From: an uncultured delta proteobacterium
Lineage (GTDB): Bacteria; Desulfobacterota; Binatia; UBA9968
Direction: 5' to 3'
Length of the DNA stretch: 64,000 bases
NCBI GenBank assembly: GCA_963737905.1
Contig: CAVTUQ010000032.1
Coordinates: 21,096-85,095, forward strand
The notes under the pieces were generated by a model that did not search any database, was not told the DNA's origin, and worked only from the letters and a program-made list of their open reading frames with translations. A program made the translations under genes and the position numbers. This document shows positions 19,600 to 30,600 of the stretch, in pieces (positions within the stretch are counted from its first letter, which is position 1; each line of letters opens with the position of its first letter).

Positions 19600-22365
19600 T
19601 TAGTCATGCAGTTCGACCTTTGACCGCAAGGGACGGCGGATGCCGAGTTTTAGCATGCGTGAGCGCAACGTGCTCGGATTCAGGCCAAGAATTTTCGCCG
19701 CTCCTTTTGGCCCCTCAACCCGCCACCTAGTTTGCTCCAGAATACGCAGGATATAACCTTTCCCAACTTCGTCCAGTGAGATCTCTTCCAACGGGCGATG
19801 ATTATTTTGAAGCTGCACTTCCTTCGCTGGTGGAGCCGGCAACGTATTCGAGGCCTTCCCACCCGCGGCCCACTCCTCCGGAAGTTGGAGCCGGCGCCCG
19901 ATCGAAATCACGGCTGCTCTCTCAATCACGTTCTGCAGCTCCCGGATGTTGCCCGGCCACTCATAGCGCTTGAGCGCCTCCAATACCTCCTCCGAAATCG
20001 GATCAAATAATCGTCCCAACCGCCGGCTCGCTTCCCGCAAAAATATTTCCGCCAACAATCCTACGTCTTCCCAACGCTCCCTTAACGGCGGTAACCCGAT
20101 CGGATAAACGTTTAGTCGATAATAAAGATCAGGACGAAACCTCCCTCTTTGCATTCCCTCCACCAAATTACGGTTGGTCGCCGCGATCACCCGCACGTCG
20201 ACTTTGACCGTCTTACCGCTCCCCAACCGCTCAAACTCCCCCTCCTGCAAGACCCGCAGCAGCTTGGCCTGCAGCTTCAACGGCAAATCCCCCACCTCAT
20301 CCAAAAAGATGGTCCCCCCATCCGCTAACTCAAACCGCCCCACTTGCTTACCCGTGGCCCCTGTAAACGCTCCCTTCTCGTGCCCAAACAACTCACTTTC
20401 GATCAGCTCTCCAGGTAGCGCCGAACAGTTCACCTTCACCAGTGGCTTGTCTCTTCTCGTGCTCTTCTCATGGATCGCCCGCGCTACCAATTCCTTTCCT
20501 GTTCCCGTCTCTCCCAGGACGATGACAGTCATGTCCGTTCCCGCTACCTGATTCATTTGATGAAGCACTTTGCGGATTCCCTCACTCTGGCCGATGATTT
20601 CGCGATAGGCGTGCGCCTCAGAGACTTCTCTACGCAGATACACGTTCTCCGCTTCCAGGCGCTCCTTGAGTCGCTCCACTTCCGTCAACGCCCGCTTCAA
20701 CTCCTCTTCCGCGCGCTTGCGCTCTATCTCAGCACCCGCCCGCGCTGCAAAGATTTCCAGTATGGATCTGGCACGCTGTTCGTTACCGAGAGGTTTATTG
20801 TCAATGATGCAGAGATTCCCTATGAGCTGCCGGGCTGAATTGAACAGTGGAGCTCCCATGTAACTAACGGCATTGAGAGCTGCGAGCGATCTGCATTGAG
20901 GAAACATCTCTTGAACTCGCTCCCGGCAATAGAAGAGCTTTTCTTCGCGCACGACCTGCCCGCAAGGGGCATCGGCGACGTCATATTCATAATTTTCTGC
21001 CCAACTTTTGCCCACCCACACCGCAACGGTTCTCAATCTTGGGTTCTCTTCATTCGTTAACTCTGCTACGGCAGCATAGTGGACCTCGAGCACGGCCGCG
21101 ACATGACCCACATAGGCTGGAAAAAATTCCTCTCCCGTCACCGCGGTTCCGGCCACGAGATCTTGTAGCGCCTGTTCGGTTCGCTTGCGCTCGGTGATGT
21201 CTCGCACGACACTCAAGATCTTGTCTCCATTGTGCCGTACCATCCGCGCTTCATAGTCGCGTGTTGCCCCCTCGATACATAGCGAATATTCCTGAACGAC
21301 GGTTTCCCTCGTGTCCATCAGAGACTCGAAACAACGCGCAAACGTTTGGGCCAATTCCGGCGGCAGCACCTCCCTCATATTTTTCCCTAGAAATTTTTCA
21401 GGTGCCACGAGCAAAGCCTTCGGGTCCTTCGCGTGATAGTCCAGATATACGCCGTCTTGGCTCTGGACGAACATCAGATCCGGCAAAGCCTGGAGGATAG
21501 CGCGATTTGTCTCTTCGCTCTCGCGCAGCTTTTCCTCGGTTTTCTTGCGCTCGGTGAGGTCGATGGCAAACACGACGCCGCGGTTAGGCATACCGGGAAG
21601 CATCCCGCCGCCGATAAGCACAGGGACCCGGCGGCCGTCCCGCCGCATGTAGTGCTTCTCATAGGGAGTACAAACACCCCTGGTCATCGCCTCTTGGATC
21701 GCCTGCTTGTCCAGTTGAAGCTGATCCGATGGGGTGAGTACTCCGCAACACAACTTGCCCTCGTCGAGCTCGGCACGGCTAAAGCCGGTCAAACCCAGGT
21801 AGGCGTCATTGGCATTTGTGATGCGTCCATCGAGATCCCAAAAGGCAACCGGGACCATGTTGCTCTCATATATTCCCCGAAACTTTGCGTCCCGGTCCGC
21901 CAACGCGCTTTCCATCTGCTTGCGTTCAGTGATGTCGATATGGGTGATCACCACGCCACCCGGATTCGGCGGCAGTGGATCGACATTCATCAGAAACCAC
22001 CGGTGCCGCCCTCTGGGCTCGTGACAAGGATACTCCAATGAGATCCTGGCGAGCCGTCCGGCCAACACCGCTTCAATTCCCTCCAATGCTTGCTGGGCGA
22101 GCGGGTCGCCTTGTCGTGAGGCGGCCCTGCAGACCGCCAGGTAGTCTGCGCCAAGCCCGATCCCGACCCAATCTGCGCCGTTTTCGAGCGCAAAGTTGAG
22201 CCAGGAACGACTCGCGTAATTTACCCGACCCTGGCGATCCAGAGTGACAACATAAGCCGATAAGGAATCCAAGATCGCCGCCAGCGCCGCATTGCTGCCC
22301 CAGCTCGGCTCTTCTACTTCGGCTGCACCGCGTTCCCAGTGCATTTCTTTCATTTCATTCTCCAC
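19600..22365 (-). CDS. Sigma54-dependent activator (PAS-PAS-PAS-GAF-AAA+-HTH, FhlA-like)
   Basis: [54 protein letters not shown]. Confidence 0.95.
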   Translation of the reverse strand: MENEMKEMHWERGAAEVEEPSWGSNAALAAILDSLSAYVVTLDRQGRVNYASRSWLNFALENGADWVGIGLGADYLAVCRAASRQGDPLAQQALEGIEAVLAGRLARISLEYPCHEPRGRHRWFLMNVDPLPPNPGGVVITHIDITERKQMESALADRDAKFRGIYESNMVPVAFWDLDGRITNANDAYLGLTGFSRAELDEGKLCCGVLTPSDQLQLDKQAIQEAMTRGVCTPYEKHYMRRDGRRVPVLIGGGMLPGMPNRGVVFAIDLTERKKTEEKLRESEETNRAILQALPDLMFVQSQDGVYLDYHAKDPKALLVAPEKFLGKNMREVLPPELAQTFARCFESLMDTRETVVQEYSLCIEGATRDYEARMVRHNGDKILSVVRDITERKRTEQALQDLVAGTAVTGEEFFPAYVGHVAAVLEVHYAAVAELTNEENPRLRTVAVWVGKSWAENYEYDVADAPCGQVVREEKLFYCRERVQEMFPQCRSLAALNAVSYMGAPLFNSARQLIGNLCIIDNKPLGNEQRARSILEIFAARAGAEIERKRAEEELKRALTEVERLKERLEAENVYLRREVSEAHAYREIIGQSEGIRKVLHQMNQVAGTDMTVIVLGETGTGKELVARAIHEKSTRRDKPLVKVNCSALPGELIESELFGHEKGAFTGATGKQVGRFELADGGTIFLDEVGDLPLKLQAKLLRVLQEGEFERLGSGKTVKVDVRVIAATNRNLVEGMQRGRFRPDLYYRLNVYPIGLPPLRERWEDVGLLAEIFLREASRRLGRLFDPISEEVLEALKRYEWPGNIRELQNVIERAAVISIGRRLQLPEEWAAGGKASNTLPAPPAKEVQLQNNHRPLEEISLDEVGKGYILRILEQTRWRVEGPKGAAKILGLNPSTLRSRMLKLGIRRPLRSKVELHD

Positions 22366-22645
22366 AGTGACTTGCCTTTACTCGACCCCGGCAAGCGCCT
22401 CTAAAAAATGGCGCCAGGCCGCTGACACGGTTCTGTGTTCGGTTGGGTCGAGATCCGCGCCGCCTGCGCTCGCGTTATCCACGAATTACCTAATTTACCG
22501 AAGAAAAGGAATTCCTGCAATTAGACTTTGGTCCAATACAGGATCACTCTGGGAATGTAGATCGTGCTTTACCGGATCCACATGGAATCCGTTTGTGGGA
22601 GCCTATCTTAGAAAAAAGGTTATTCCGGGTTTCTGGAAGAAGTAT

Positions 22646-22790
22646 TCACCACAGAGGCGCCGAGTTCCCAGAGATCGGAGAATTTTTGAATCTAGAACTC
22701 TTTACTCCGCGTCCTCCGCGCCTTCGCAGTTCGGCAGGCTCACTGCGTCCTGAGCCCGCCGAAGGACGCGGTGCAATCTCCGAGTTCTTC
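22646..22790. repeat. Composite MITE/REP-like element
   Basis: CACCACAGAGGCGCCGAG...CTCCGCGTCCTCCGCGCC interrupted by CCTTCG...GGCTCA...CCTGAGCCCGCCGAAGG; resembles 40940-41115. Confidence 0.6.
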
Positions 22791-22893
22791 TTCACAGGAA
22801 TGCCTGAAGTCCCAGAAAAAAAAGAGCGCCAGCGGCATTCCCTCGCGGGATTGCTCAGCCCTGGCGCTCCGAGCCGGAGTTTATCCGAAAATC

Positions 22894-23605
22894 CTAGTTG
22901 ACTTTAATCTCGACTCTGCGGTTTTTGGCTCGACCTTCCGCGGTCTTGTTATCAGCGATCGGTTTGGATTCTCCGAATCCCTGACCCGAGACCCGGCCGC
23001 CGTCCACGCCATGTTTCACCACATAATCCCTAACCGACATCCAGCGTCGATCGGATAGCTTCAAATTGTAGGCCTCCGTCCCGATGCTGTCCGTGAAACC
23101 CGATAAAGCGACTTTCTTATCTTTGTTCTCGTTCATGAACGCTACCAGCCGATCGAGAATCTTCGCCGCTTCAGGCTTGATCGTGCTCTTGTCAAAATCG
23201 AACAACACGTCATCCAATATGATCGTCCGCTCGACCTTCGGCGCCGGTGGCGGTGGTGGCGGTGGGCGGCTTTGGTTTCGGCGGCGGTGGTGGCGGCGGT
23301 GGTGGTGGCGGCGGTGGTGGTGGCGGTGGCGGTGGTGGCTTAGGTTTGGGCTCCTGCGCTAGCAAGTACCCCAGACCGCCGCAAAGCAAAGCGCCGGTCG
23401 TCATGCCGATCGCCACCCCAGCGCCTATGTTTCTCTTATGACCTTCCACACCATTGTTTGCGGCCACTCCTCCACCCGCTGCTCCGGCCGCTCCACAGGT
23501 GATCGCACCCACGGTTGCCGCCTGCCACTTAGTCATCCCCGCACAGCCGTTTAGAACAAGACCTACGCCAACGACAACTCCCAGCCAACGTTTTTTGCCA
23601 GTCAT
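22894..23605 (-). pseudogene. OmpA-family lipoprotein with poly-Pro linker, frameshifted at ~23265
   Basis: Lipobox LNGC, Gly-zipper, Pro run; FDFDKS.IK...G.GES.P.ADN.T.EGRAKNRRVEI lies in another frame. Confidence 0.88.
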
Positions 23606-23669
23606 CGTTCCTCCCATCACATGAATACTTTCGCTCTAAGATTTATTTGCATATTTCGAAAAAAATTAA

Positions 23670-23710
23670 ATCAGGAAAAACCCTAGTTTGAGCCTCGTTT
23701 TCCCTTAGGG
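23670..23710 (-). promoter_or_regulatory. Box-A copy 7
   Basis: ATCAGG AAAAAC CCTAGT TTGAGCCTCGTTTTCCCTTAGGG (spacer 1 bp longer). Confidence 0.7.
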
Positions 23711-24070
23711 ACAATTTCCTCAAAGAAAATTTCCCATGAGCCACAATCTTACCCGGTCAGTCTTAACACTCCCCCGGCGCTGCTCCAACTATCATTGACC
23801 GAGGATTGCGATCAGTCCTTTGAAATCGATGATACAAGCTTGTGGAGATGATCTGGGTCACCTACACGAATGTCACTTCAAATGCGGCGGGGATGAGAAT
23901 ATGAAGGGTCGGGCGGATTGCTCACCGAACGGTGTGTTGATAAAACCGTCAGGAGACCTGTCGATTCAAGTTAGGCTCGTTGATGCGCGAAGAGCGCCAG
24001 CAGGCCACTAAGAGATCGCTGGATCTCCGGCGTGCCTGTGGCGCTCCAACCCGCACTTTGTCTGGAAATT

Positions 24071-24799
24071 CTAATTCACTTTTATTTCGACTCTGCGGTT
24101 TTTGGCTCGACCTTCCGCAGTCTTGTTGTCAGCGATCGGTTTGGATTCGCCAAATCCCTGACCCGAGACCCGGCCACCCTCCACTCCGTGCTTCACCACG
24201 TAATCCCTGACCGACATCCAACGCCGATCGGAGAGCTTCAGATTGTAAGCCTCCGTCCCGACGTTGTCTGTGAAACCCGCTAGGGCGACCTTCGAACCTT
24301 TGTTTTCGTTCATGAAAGCAACCAGCCGATCGAGAATCTTCGCCGCCTCGGGCTTGATCGTGCTCTTGTCAAAGTCAAACAAAACGTCATCCAGTATGAT
24401 CGTCCGCTCAACTTTCGGCGCCGGTGGCGGTGGTGGCGGTGGCGCCGGCTTTGGTTTCGGTGGCGGTGGCGGTGGCGGGGGAGGGGGTGGCGGAGGCGGC
24501 GGCGCTGGCTTTGGCGCAGGCGGTGGTGGTGGCTCCGGCGTCAGTAAATACGCCAGCCCGCCACAAATCAAAGCGCCGCCGAATAAGCCCGCAGCTGCTC
24601 CTGCCGGTACACGCATGTGTACATTCGCATCATTATTGTTTGCTACCAGACCTCCGGCCACTGCCGCCGGGAATCCACAGGCCGCAGCGGCGATTAATGC
24701 ATTTTCAGTTCTAGTTCTGTTCGACATCCACGCGCAGCCGTTTAGAACTAGACCCGCACCAACAACCACTGCCAGCCAAGATTTTCTATCGCTCATCAT
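24071..24799 (-). CDS. OmpA-family lipoprotein with poly-Pro linker
   Basis: Lipobox LNGC; OmpA C-terminal domain nearly identical to 22894-23217. Confidence 0.93.
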   Translation of the reverse strand: MMSDRKSWLAVVVGAGLVLNGCAWMSNRTRTENALIAAAACGFPAAVAGGLVANNNDANVHMRVPAGAAAGLFGGALICGGLAYLLTPEPPPPPAPKPAPPPPPPPPPPPPPPPKPKPAPPPPPPPAPKVERTIILDDVLFDFDKSTIKPEAAKILDRLVAFMNENKGSKVALAGFTDNVGTEAYNLKLSDRRWMSVRDYVVKHGVEGGRVSGQGFGESKPIADNKTAEGRAKNRRVEIKVN

Positions 24800-24896
24800 T
24801 GCTCCCCTTCCATTTGATAGAATAAATTCAGCCGCTGTATGTCAAGTTCTTCGAAAACACTCAGCGCAACCCTAGTAGATCGCGAAAATTAATGAA

Positions 24897-24935
24897 ATCA
24901 GGAAAACCCTGATTTTGGCTTCGCTTTTCCCGGGG
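24897..24935 (-). promoter_or_regulatory. Box-A copy 8 (perfect palindrome)
   Basis: ATCAGG AAAAC CCTGAT TTTGGCTTCGCTTTTCCC. Confidence 0.8.
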
Positions 24936-24958
24936 CGAGAAATCATTGCTTTTGGCAG

Positions 24959-25648
24959 CTAGAGCGTAGTCAGGCCTTCGCGAATACAATATTTCGTGAG
25001 CCCGGCGATGCTTCGTATTTCGAGCTTGTCCATGACCTGTTTGCGATGCGTCTCAACCGTCTTGACGCTGAGCTCGAGTCTTGCCGCGATATCCTTTGTC
25101 GATTTTCCTTCCGCGATCAATTGTAGCACTTGCAGTTCTCTTTTTGTTAGGTGTTCGGCTTGCCCTGCAACACCACCGGAAGGCCCGGCCTTCAGACTGG
25201 CGAGAGCCGCCGTTTTAGTAATTGCCGGACTCAGGTACATACCACCGCGGCTAATGGCAATCAGAGCTGTGGACAGTTCTTCAAAAGCAGAATCCTTCAG
25301 TAAATAGGCGGACGCTCCGGCTTGAAGAACTTGCAGGACATAATTTCTTGTGGCGTGCATGCTTAATACGACGACCTCAACCTCAGGCAACTCGCTCTTG
25401 ATCTGTCGCGTCGCCTCGATTCCATTTAAATTGGGCATCGCGATATCCATAATGACGACGTCAGGACGCATTTCTATCGCCAACTTCACGGCCTGGTAAC
25501 CGTCATCGGCCTCCGCAATACATTCGAAGTCACCACTTCTTTCCAACAACGAGCGCAGCCCCTCCCGCATGATCCTGTGGTCATCAGCGATGATAGCTCT
25601 CTTGACCATGGGGGGAACCAGGTTGCTTTTTCTTTCAACCACTTTCAA
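24959..25648 (-). CDS. NarL/LuxR-family response regulator
   Basis: IADDH, MDIAMP, YLLK, LTKRELQVL...SVKTVETHRKQVMDKL; alternative ATG at 25609. Confidence 0.95.
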   Translation of the reverse strand: MKVVERKSNLVPPMVKRAIIADDHRIMREGLRSLLERSGDFECIAEADDGYQAVKLAIEMRPDVVIMDIAMPNLNGIEATRQIKSELPEVEVVVLSMHATRNYVLQVLQAGASAYLLKDSAFEELSTALIAISRGGMYLSPAITKTAALASLKAGPSGGVAGQAEHLTKRELQVLQLIAEGKSTKDIAARLELSVKTVETHRKQVMDKLEIRSIAGLTKYCIREGLTTL

Positions 25649-25717
25649 TCACACCGTAGCGTCAAATGACTTATCGTCACGACCTTCTAGATAATATAAA
25701 CTTACAGACAAACCCCT

Positions 25718-25755
25718 ATTGGGGCTACCCTGATTTTAGCTTCGATTTTCCTTAG
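25718..25755 (-). promoter_or_regulatory. Box-A copy 9 (between the two response regulators)
   Basis: ATTGGG GCTAC CCTGAT TTTAGCTTCGATTTTCCTTAG. Confidence 0.75.
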
Positions 25756-25769
25756 TTTTTAGGAGGCGG

Positions 25770-26417
25770 TTATAACGAGGTAACGCCTTCGCGGATAGCG
25801 TATTTGGTTAACTCAGCGATACTGTGCAGATTCAACTTGTCCATGATCTGCTTTCGGTGGGTTTCAATTGTCTTCATGCTGACATACAAAGAGGCGGCCA
25901 TTTCCCTCGAAGTTCTGCCTTCGGCGAGTAGCTGGAGAATTTCTCTCTCTCGTCCCGAAATCCCTCGACGCATGGGTCGAGGGATTGCCGACCAGTGCTC
26001 GACTGAATTCCGGATCACCACGTGCGCTATAGCAGGACTGAGATACGTCTTTCCCTGCAAAACCACCTTGAGGGCAACCGCCACCTCCTCAAAAGCAGCT
26101 TCTTTTAAAAGGTATGCAGAAGCGCCGGCGGCAAAAGACTCCAAGACAGCCCGGCTGTCAGAACGCATCGAAAGGACCATGACTTTGACCTCGGGGCAGG
26201 CTTGACGAATTTGTTTTGTCGCGTCAATGCCGTTAAGACCCGGCATGCTGATATCTATAATAGCGACATCGGGCTGCAGTTTCTTGGCGAGTTTCACGGC
26301 GGTTCGACCATCTTCAGCCTCGCCCGTCACCTCGAAACCCTGACTTTCCAGCAAAGAGCTGAGCCCCTGTCTGAGCAGCCTGTGATCGTCCGTGAGAAGG
26401 ATCCGCAACGCCATCAC
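25770..26417 (-). CDS. NarL/LuxR-family response regulator
   Basis: LTDDH, IDISMP, YLLK, SGREREIL...SMKTIETHRKQIMDKL; start overlaps kinase stop. Confidence 0.95.
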   Translation of the reverse strand: MMALRILLTDDHRLLRQGLSSLLESQGFEVTGEAEDGRTAVKLAKKLQPDVAIIDISMPGLNGIDATKQIRQACPEVKVMVLSMRSDSRAVLESFAAGASAYLLKEAAFEEVAVALKVVLQGKTYLSPAIAHVVIRNSVEHWSAIPRPMRRGISGREREILQLLAEGRTSREMAASLYVSMKTIETHRKQIMDKLNLHSIAELTKYAIREGVTSL

Positions 26418-27250
26418 TATTCAAAACTGTTAATTTCGCTCTGGGGTAAAGCGATCATCGCGCTCGTTCCGGCTCCGGCACGGGAGTGAATAGATAGATG
26501 GCCGCCTAAAAAGCCGAGACGGGCCCGGATAATCATCAGACCGAAACTTCCGACCTTCGGTCTTGAGGAGAAGATTTTCGCGGGGTCAAAACCTCGACCG
26601 TCGTCAACGACAGCAATTTGAATCCAACCCTTTTCAGACCCACAAATGATTTTCGCCCTGGTTGCCCGCGCATGCTTGGCCGTATTCACGAGAAGTTCGC
26701 GAACTGCTTGCAAGAGGACTCCTTGAACTTCTTCTTTGATTGCTTTCGGTACCCCCGCGAACTCGATGTCGCAGGGAAGGCCATATCTTGCCTGGGTCTG
26801 CGCCGCAACCCAATCTATAGCTTCCTTTAGACTTGCCTTAGAGACCCATTCCGGATGGAGTTCATGAATCAAAGATCGCGTGTCTTGGATCGTATCACTG
26901 ATGAGGTCAGAAATCCCGGCAATGAGTGCCGCGTGCTTGTTGCCCACAGAGCTATTAAGCACGCCCAACTTGATTTTGGCTAGCGCGAGGTTTTGCCCGA
27001 TATGATCGTGGAGATCCTCGGCGATTTTTTGTCTTTCCTTCTCTCTCACGCGGCCAAGTTCTACAGCGAGAGATTTGGATAGCGGGTCAAGCCTTGGAAG
27101 GCCGTCCGCCTGGGAAGCGGAATCGCGCATTTTCCGATGCTGCCGCGGCAATTTTTTTTCAAGGCTCTTCGTTCTCAGAACGCTGGGCCGGTGGAAACCA
27201 GGGACTATAGACGCCGTAACACTTGGCACTAGGCTGTTCCCCTTTATCAA
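26417..27250 (-). CDS. HisKA_3 histidine kinase without a recognisable sensor domain
   Basis: ERQKIAEDLHDHIGQ (H box), ELLVNTAKHA (N), DDGRGFD (G1), GSFGL (G2); only ~65 aa before the H-box helix, no TM. Confidence 0.9.
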   Translation of the reverse strand: MIKGNSLVPSVTASIVPGFHRPSVLRTKSLEKKLPRQHRKMRDSASQADGLPRLDPLSKSLAVELGRVREKERQKIAEDLHDHIGQNLALAKIKLGVLNSSVGNKHAALIAGISDLISDTIQDTRSLIHELHPEWVSKASLKEAIDWVAAQTQARYGLPCDIEFAGVPKAIKEEVQGVLLQAVRELLVNTAKHARATRAKIICGSEKGWIQIAVVDDGRGFDPAKIFSSRPKVGSFGLMIIRARLGFLGGHLSIHSRAGAGTSAMIALPQSEINSFE

Positions 27251-27292
27251 TTATAGTGAGTGAAACACTAAGCTACGAAGTAAATTTCTAAC

Positions 27293-27307
27293 GCAATTCA
27301 AATGCCA
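27293..27307 (-). promoter_or_regulatory. Sigma54 -24/-12 promoter for the kinase-regulator operon
   Basis: Minus strand TGGCAT-TTGAA-TTGC(G), 43 bp before the kinase start; AT-rich upstream region. Confidence 0.75.
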
Positions 27308-27630
27308 CGGGAACACGATTATCAAACCGTTCATACTCCTGCAAACAAGAATTAACTTTCACAAACATCGATTGGTTGTTTAATGAGAATTCTCACCGCG
27401 CGCCACGGCCAAGAACGATAGCCTGTAAGTCATTATTTTAGCGGAAAAATTTAGATCTTTAGATCTCCACTCTACGCCCATTTGAAACCGCCTGAGCAGA
27501 AAACCGGGTGAAAATGAGAATATAAACTTAATAGGGTTTATAAGAAGGTTTGTATTAGGACTTTTAGGTATCGGAGGTAATCAAAAACCCTTTGGTAATG
27601 ATATTTCGTGGAAATTATGCGCCATATCCA

Positions 27631-30600
27631 CTATATGTCGCGGGTAAGTGCCGCGTCAATCAAACGATCAAGTCGCCTAATCCCTAATTTCTGCATGCGT
27701 GAACGCAAGGTACTAGGATTGAGGCCAAGAATTGCCGCGGCTCCTCTCGGGCCCTCAACCCGCCATCGGGTTTGTTGTAGAACTTGAAGAATATGGCTTC
27801 GCTCAAGCTCCTCCAATGTCGGCGCGTGAGGTGGCGACTCCATGGCATGCCTCACCTCCGGCATATCTTTCCCGGAAGGCGCAACGAAGGAAACGGCCCA
27901 CTCTTCCGGGAGCTGGAGCAGACGTCCCACCGAAATCACCGCCGCTCTTTCAATCACGTTCTGCAGCTCCCGGATGTTGCCCGGCCACTCATAACGCTGA
28001 AGCGTCTCCAGCACTTCGGCCGGGATCGGATCGAATAATCGCCCCAACCGCCGGCTCGCTTCCCGCAAAAATACCTCCGCTAATAATCCTATATCTGCCC
28101 GTCGCTCTCTTAACGGCGGTAACCCGATCGGATAAACGTTGAGCCGATAGTAGAGATCGACTCTAAATCTTCCTCTTTGAACTGCTTGTAAAAGGTCGCG
28201 GTTGGTCGCGGCGATCACCCGCACGTCGACTTTGATCGTCTTGCCGCTCCCCAGCCGCTCAAACTCCCCCTCTTGCAGCACCCGCAGCAGCTTGGCCTGA
28301 AGCTTCAACGACAAATCCCCCACCTCGTCCAAAAAGATCGTCCCACCATCCGCCAGCTCAAAACGCCCCACCTGCCTGCCCGTGGCCCCGGTAAAGGCTC
28401 CCTTCTCATGTCCAAACAGCTCGCTCTCGATCAATTCCCCGGGTAACGCCGAACAGTTCACCTTTACCAGCGGTTTGTCTCTCCTCTCACTCTGTCCATG
28501 CACCGCCCGAGCCACGAGTTCCTTCCCTGTTCCCGTCTCTCCCAAAACCAAAACGGTCATGTCCGTCGCCGCTACCTGATTTACTTGCCGAAGAACCTTG
28601 AGGATCCCCTCGCTCCTACCGATGATTTCCCGATCCCGATACGCTTCAGAGACTTCCCTGCGTAGATACACGTTCTCGGCTTCCAAGCGCTCCTTCAAAC
28701 GGTGAATCTCCTCCTCAGCTAGCTTGCGCTCGGTAACGTCCACCAGAACTCCCATGACTCTGGTGCATTGACCGTCCTGGTCGTAGATCGGCTCGCCCCG
28801 CGTCACCACCCAACGAATGGTGCCGTCGGGCCAGACCACTCGGTACTCGCAGCGGTACTCTTTTTTCTCCGTAATCGCTGCTTCGACCGCTGCTTCAGCG
28901 CGTGGGAGGTCCTCGGGATGCAGGCACTTAGCCCAGGCATGATAGCTTGGCTCCACGCTAAACGGCAGTAGACCCATGAGGAGAAAATATTCCTTAGACC
29001 ACTTGCACAGGTTGGTGCGTCTATCCCAATCCCAAACTCCCATCCGGCCTGATCTGAGCGCGAGCCGTAGACGCTCTTCACTGTCCCGGAGCGCCTGCTC
29101 GCTCTCGCGCAACGCCTGTTCTGCGTGCTTCCGATCCGTGATGTCGCGAATGTAACCGAGAAAGTAAACCGGATTTCCTTTTGAGTCTGTCACCATTGAA
29201 CAGTTCAGATAGACCCAGACAATATGACCATCTTTGCGAACGTAGCGTTTTTCGAGATCAAATGATTTGATCTCCCCCCGGATCAATCGGTGACACTGGC
29301 GCCAGCCCGCCTCGAAGTCGTCGGGATGCGTTATATCCTTTGAGGAGACTCCCAGCAGTTCTGCTGCGCTGTAGCCGAGAAGTTCGCACAGGGTCGGCGG
29401 CACCTTCAGCCAGCGACCCTCCAGATCCGCATGAGTCAGCATAACGAGAGAACTCTGCTCCGCCCGCGCCAAACGTTCCTCGCTCTCCCGGAGCGCATCC
29501 TCGGCGCGCTTGCGTTCTATTTCAGCCGCCGCGCGGGCGGCAAAAATTTCCAGTATTGATCTGGCACGCCGTTCATCCTCGAGAGGTTTGTTGTCAATGA
29601 TGCAGAGACTGCCGATGAGCCGCCCCGCTGAATTTAACAGCGGTGCGCCCATGTAGCTGACCGCGTTGAGATCTTCAAGAGCGCTGCATTCAGGAAACCG
29701 CTCTTGCACCCGCTCCCGGCAATAGAAGAGTTTTCCTTCGCGCATCACCTGCCCGCAGGGAGCGTTCGCTACCTTATACTCATAGTTTTTCTCCCACCCT
29801 TGACCTACCCAGGCCGCAAGGGTCCTCAATCCGGAGTTCTGCTCGTCCGTCACCTCGGCGACCATCGCACAGTGGACCTCGAGCGCCCCCGCCACATGGC
29901 GAACATAAGCCGGAAAGAATTCTTCTCCTATCACGGCCGTGCCAGCCACGAGGTCTTGCAATGCCTGCTCGGCTTGCTTGCGTTCAGTGATGTCGATATT
30001 GGCCCCCACCCACTCCTGGATATTACCGTCCGGCGTTAGAATCGGCACTGCGTGGACATAAAAATGCCTCTGGCTTCCATCACGAGCGCGAACCCGCAAC
30101 TCATTCTGGTAGGTGCGCTTTTCAACCATTGCCCGCTCCCAGAACCGCCTGGTCCGCTCGCGGTCGTCAGGATGAACAGCCTCCAGCCAACCCAACCCGC
30201 GCATCGCGTTCTCGTTCTGCCCGGTGAGCTCTTGCCAGCTCGGGGTGACAAAGACACCCTCCCCCAGCGCGTTTGCCCGCCACACCATCTCCGAACTCGC
30301 CATCACCAGCGCCCGGTACCGGGCCTCGCTCTCTCGCAAGGTCTGCTCCTTGTCCCGCCGCTCCTGGGTCAATACCGCTAACAACATCAGTGGCAGGGCG
30401 GTCACAATGAGATAAAATTGGACCGAAAGAACGTTCTCCACTGGCGCGTTCATAGCGAAGAAACCTAGTCCGCTGGCCGTACTTTTAAAAGCAAAATACG
30501 CGACAAGCAGCAGCGAGAGGCATAGTCCCTCCAGCCTGAAGCGTACTGCGGACCATAAAAGAACCGGCAAAGGTAAGATAATAGGGCACGCGATTCCCAG

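Noticed and set aside
23245-24540. GGT/GGC tandem repeats as a CRISPR or satellite array
   Set aside because: They encode the poly-proline linkers of the OmpA proteins and have no spacers.
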